In this document: piece after piece, positions 36,310 through 38,213 of the stretch
Position numbering within the stretch: position 1 is the first letter of the stretch
Layout: each line of letters opens with the position of its first letter
Sequence record: SRR31156797_8170
Reading direction: 5' to 3' (one strand)
DNA length: 38,213 nt
Notes under the pieces: generated by a model
Seen by the model: only the letters and a program-made list of their open reading frames with translations
The model's database searches: none
Told to the model about the DNA's origin: nothing
Position numbers and translations under genes: made by a program

Positions 36310-38211
36310 CCTTTTTAAACTTATTTTACTTTTTGCTTTTTTCCCTGCTTCAAGAACTCTTACAAAGAACATTAAAAGGGCAGGTGTTATAAATATGGTA
36401 AAAAATGTACTAAGAGCCAATCCCCCTGTAATAACAGAACCTAAACCTCTATAAAACTCTGACCCAGGACCTGGAACCAATACAAGTGGTAGCATACCAA
36501 AAATAGAAGTAAGTGCAGACATATAAATAGGTCGTATCCTACTTCTTGTTGCTGCTAAAACTGCTTCTTTATGCTCCATCCCCTCATTATGAATAAGATT
36601 GATACTTTGATGCACAATTAAAATGGCACTATTTACAACGATCCCTACAAGAATAATAAATCCAAGCATGGTCAATACATCTAAAGGTTGAGGAGATAAA
36701 AAGAGATTTGTCATCTTTAATCCTACAAATCCTCCAGCGGTGGCTAAGGGAACTGTAAAAAGGATCACCAATGGATATATAAAATTCCCAAAGAGTGCTG
36801 ACATCAAAAGATAGATGATAACTATTGCTAAGATAAAGTTTTCTGCTAACATCCCTATTGTTAAACTCAATTTATCTGCCGTACCGCTTAGATTTACTTT
36901 TGTTTCTCCTAAAGCACCTTTTTCTCTCATCCCATCAATCACGCCATTGAGTATCCCCATCGTTTCAGAGATAGTCATATTTGGTGGAGGTGTTACTTGT
37001 AAAGTGATCGTACGCTTTCCTTGATAGTGACGAATCTCACTAATTCCTGTTGTATCTTCTGTTGTTGATAAAGCTCCAACTTGTGTTAATGATCCATCAG
37101 GTAAAGCGATCTGAGCGTTTAAAATATCTTGTGGGGTTGCAATTTGATCAGTATCTGCTTTTAAAGTAAGATCGATCTTTTTCTTCCCATCCTCTTCAAA
37201 ATCACCAATTTGTCTTCCATTCATCAAAACATCAACCGTAACCCCTAAAGAGTGACTGCTCATACCAACTGATTTTAAAGCATCCCTATCTGGTAATATC
37301 CTCACTTCTGGATAAAGCAACTCAATTGATGGTACTGGTCTTACCTGAGAGCCTTGAATAGAACCCATTGTAGCACCAAAAAGCTGCGCTCCTACATTAG
37401 CAATATCCTCGATCTTCTCACCGCTAATATCTACATTGACCACATTCCCCTCACCTATTCCACTTTCAAATACACCAGATTGCAGAGAAACACCAAAAAC
37501 ACCTGGTAAAGAGTTTACTATAGGTCTAAAAAGTGGGATAAGCTCTTTTGCACGATCTTCATGCATACTTGTTCCACCAAAAATTGTGAAATCTCCCATA
37601 GATACATAAAATAATCGGCTAATCCCAGGATAGCCATCAACATCTTTATTTACATATGGCTCCATTCTTGTCATCAGATAATCCCCAATCTCATATCTTT
37701 GTTCATAAGAAAGCCCTGGAGGTGGGATAAGAATATTAAAAATCAGGTTTTTATTTCCTTGAGGTAAATAATCCATTTTAGGGAAAAGTGCCCAAATGAT
37801 CCCAACTGAAAGTACAGAGAGTGAAACGATCGTAATAATTTTTGTCATAAAGTTTTTTAAAGAGAGTTCAACAACTACCATCATACTATCAACAATCTTT
37901 CCACCAAAACGTGTCATAGGAGTTGACTCTTTTACCCCTTTATTAGAAACCCCTGCAAACTTTTTCCAAAGCATTGGGATAACAGAGATTGAAACAAATA
38001 AAGAAAATGTAACCGATGCAGTTACTGCAATAGCAATATCTTTGAATAATTGTCCAGCTTCATCTTCTAAAAAGATAATTGGTAAAAATACGGCAATAGT
38101 TGTTGAAGCAGAAGCGATCAATGCTCCCCACACTTCACTAGTACCATCATAGGCTGCTTCGGCAATCGATTTTCCCATCTTTTTATGTCTATCAATATTT
38201 TCTAATACAAC
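36304..38211 (-). CDS. AcrB/AcrD/AcrF-family RND efflux permease (5'-truncated by window edge)
   Basis: Frame open to the edge (VVLENIDRH); TTIAVFLPI, GIVVNSAIL, RIRPIYMS.LTSIFGMLPL. Confidence 0.93.
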   Translation of the reverse strand, partial: VVLENIDRHKKMGKSIAEAAYDGTSEVWGALIASASTTIAVFLPIIFLEDEAGQLFKDIAIAVTASVTFSLFVSISVIPMLWKKFAGVSNKGVKESTPMTRFGGKIVDSMMVVVELSLKNFMTKIITIVSLSVLSVGIIWALFPKMDYLPQGNKNLIFNILIPPPGLSYEQRYEIGDYLMTRMEPYVNKDVDGYPGISRLFYVSMGDFTIFGGTSMHEDRAKELIPLFRPIVNSLPGVFGVSLQSGVFESGIGEGNVVNVDISGEKIEDIANVGAQLFGATMGSIQGSQVRPVPSIELLYPEVRILPDRDALKSVGMSSHSLGVTVDVLMNGRQIGDFEEDGKKKIDLTLKADTDQIATPQDILNAQIALPDGSLTQVGALSTTEDTTGISEIRHYQGKRTITLQVTPPPNMTISETMGILNGVIDGMREKGALGETKVNLSGTADKLSLTIGMLAENFILAIVIIYLLMSALFGNFIYPLVILFTVPLATAGGFVGLKMTNLFLSPQPLDVLTMLGFIILVGIVVNSAILIVHQSINLIHNEGMEHKEAVLAATRSRIRPIYMSALTSIFGMLPLVLVPGPGSEFYRGLGSVITGGLALSTFFTIFITPALLMFFVRVLEAGKKAKSKISLKRL

Positions 38212-38213
38212 AA

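Noticed and set aside
2532-38152. Short ORFs antisense to or overlapping well-supported genes (e.g. 2532-2774, 5490-5885, 13315-13722, 15397-15744, 25598-25942, 33989-34186, 35053-35451, 37796-38152)
   Set aside because: Shadow ORFs with no recognisable motifs, mostly lying opposite confident CDSs.
1-38213. CRISPR array, tRNA/rRNA, IS element or prophage
   Set aside because: No regularly spaced repeats, RNA-gene signatures, transposase, integrase or phage genes were seen; all intergenic gaps are under 300 nt.

Overview
AT-rich bacterial chromosomal segment, most likely Campylobacterota (Arcobacteraceae-like). This is inferred from the uvrD-truB-ispE-smpB and rny-ygfA/tlpA-ftsY synteny, HQW[RK]QPL kinase H-boxes and extended -10 promoters. 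It holds about 38 protein genes; no rRNA, tRNA, CRISPR, IS or prophage was seen. Blocks: (1) rodA 3' end and a zapB/zapA-like pair; (2) a tightly packed 12-gene minus-strand run (uvrD to an M48-like gene) carrying a Septu-like ATPase+HNH pair, an AsmA-like repeat protein and two pilin-like genes; (3) LysR, rny, ygfA, tlpA, ftsY; (4) a ~10 kb, 8-gene divergent signalling island with a transporter-less PhnD-like binding protein coupled to a PAS kinase, two REC-kinases, a degenerate REC-GGDEF-EAL protein, a split Aer-like PAS + soluble MCP and no DNA-binding regulator, whose two arms share the promoter pattern GTAAC-N6-GTAAT-N10-TACAAT; (5) an acetate cluster (frameshifted yjcH, actP, cNMP-CBS-nucleotidyltransferase, DEDDh exonuclease, acs) whose three upstream regions share a TGCTA-N6-TGCTA box and an upstream dyad; (6) TRAP dctQM without dctP and a partial RND pump. 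Functional calls come from motif recognition by eye, not database searches.
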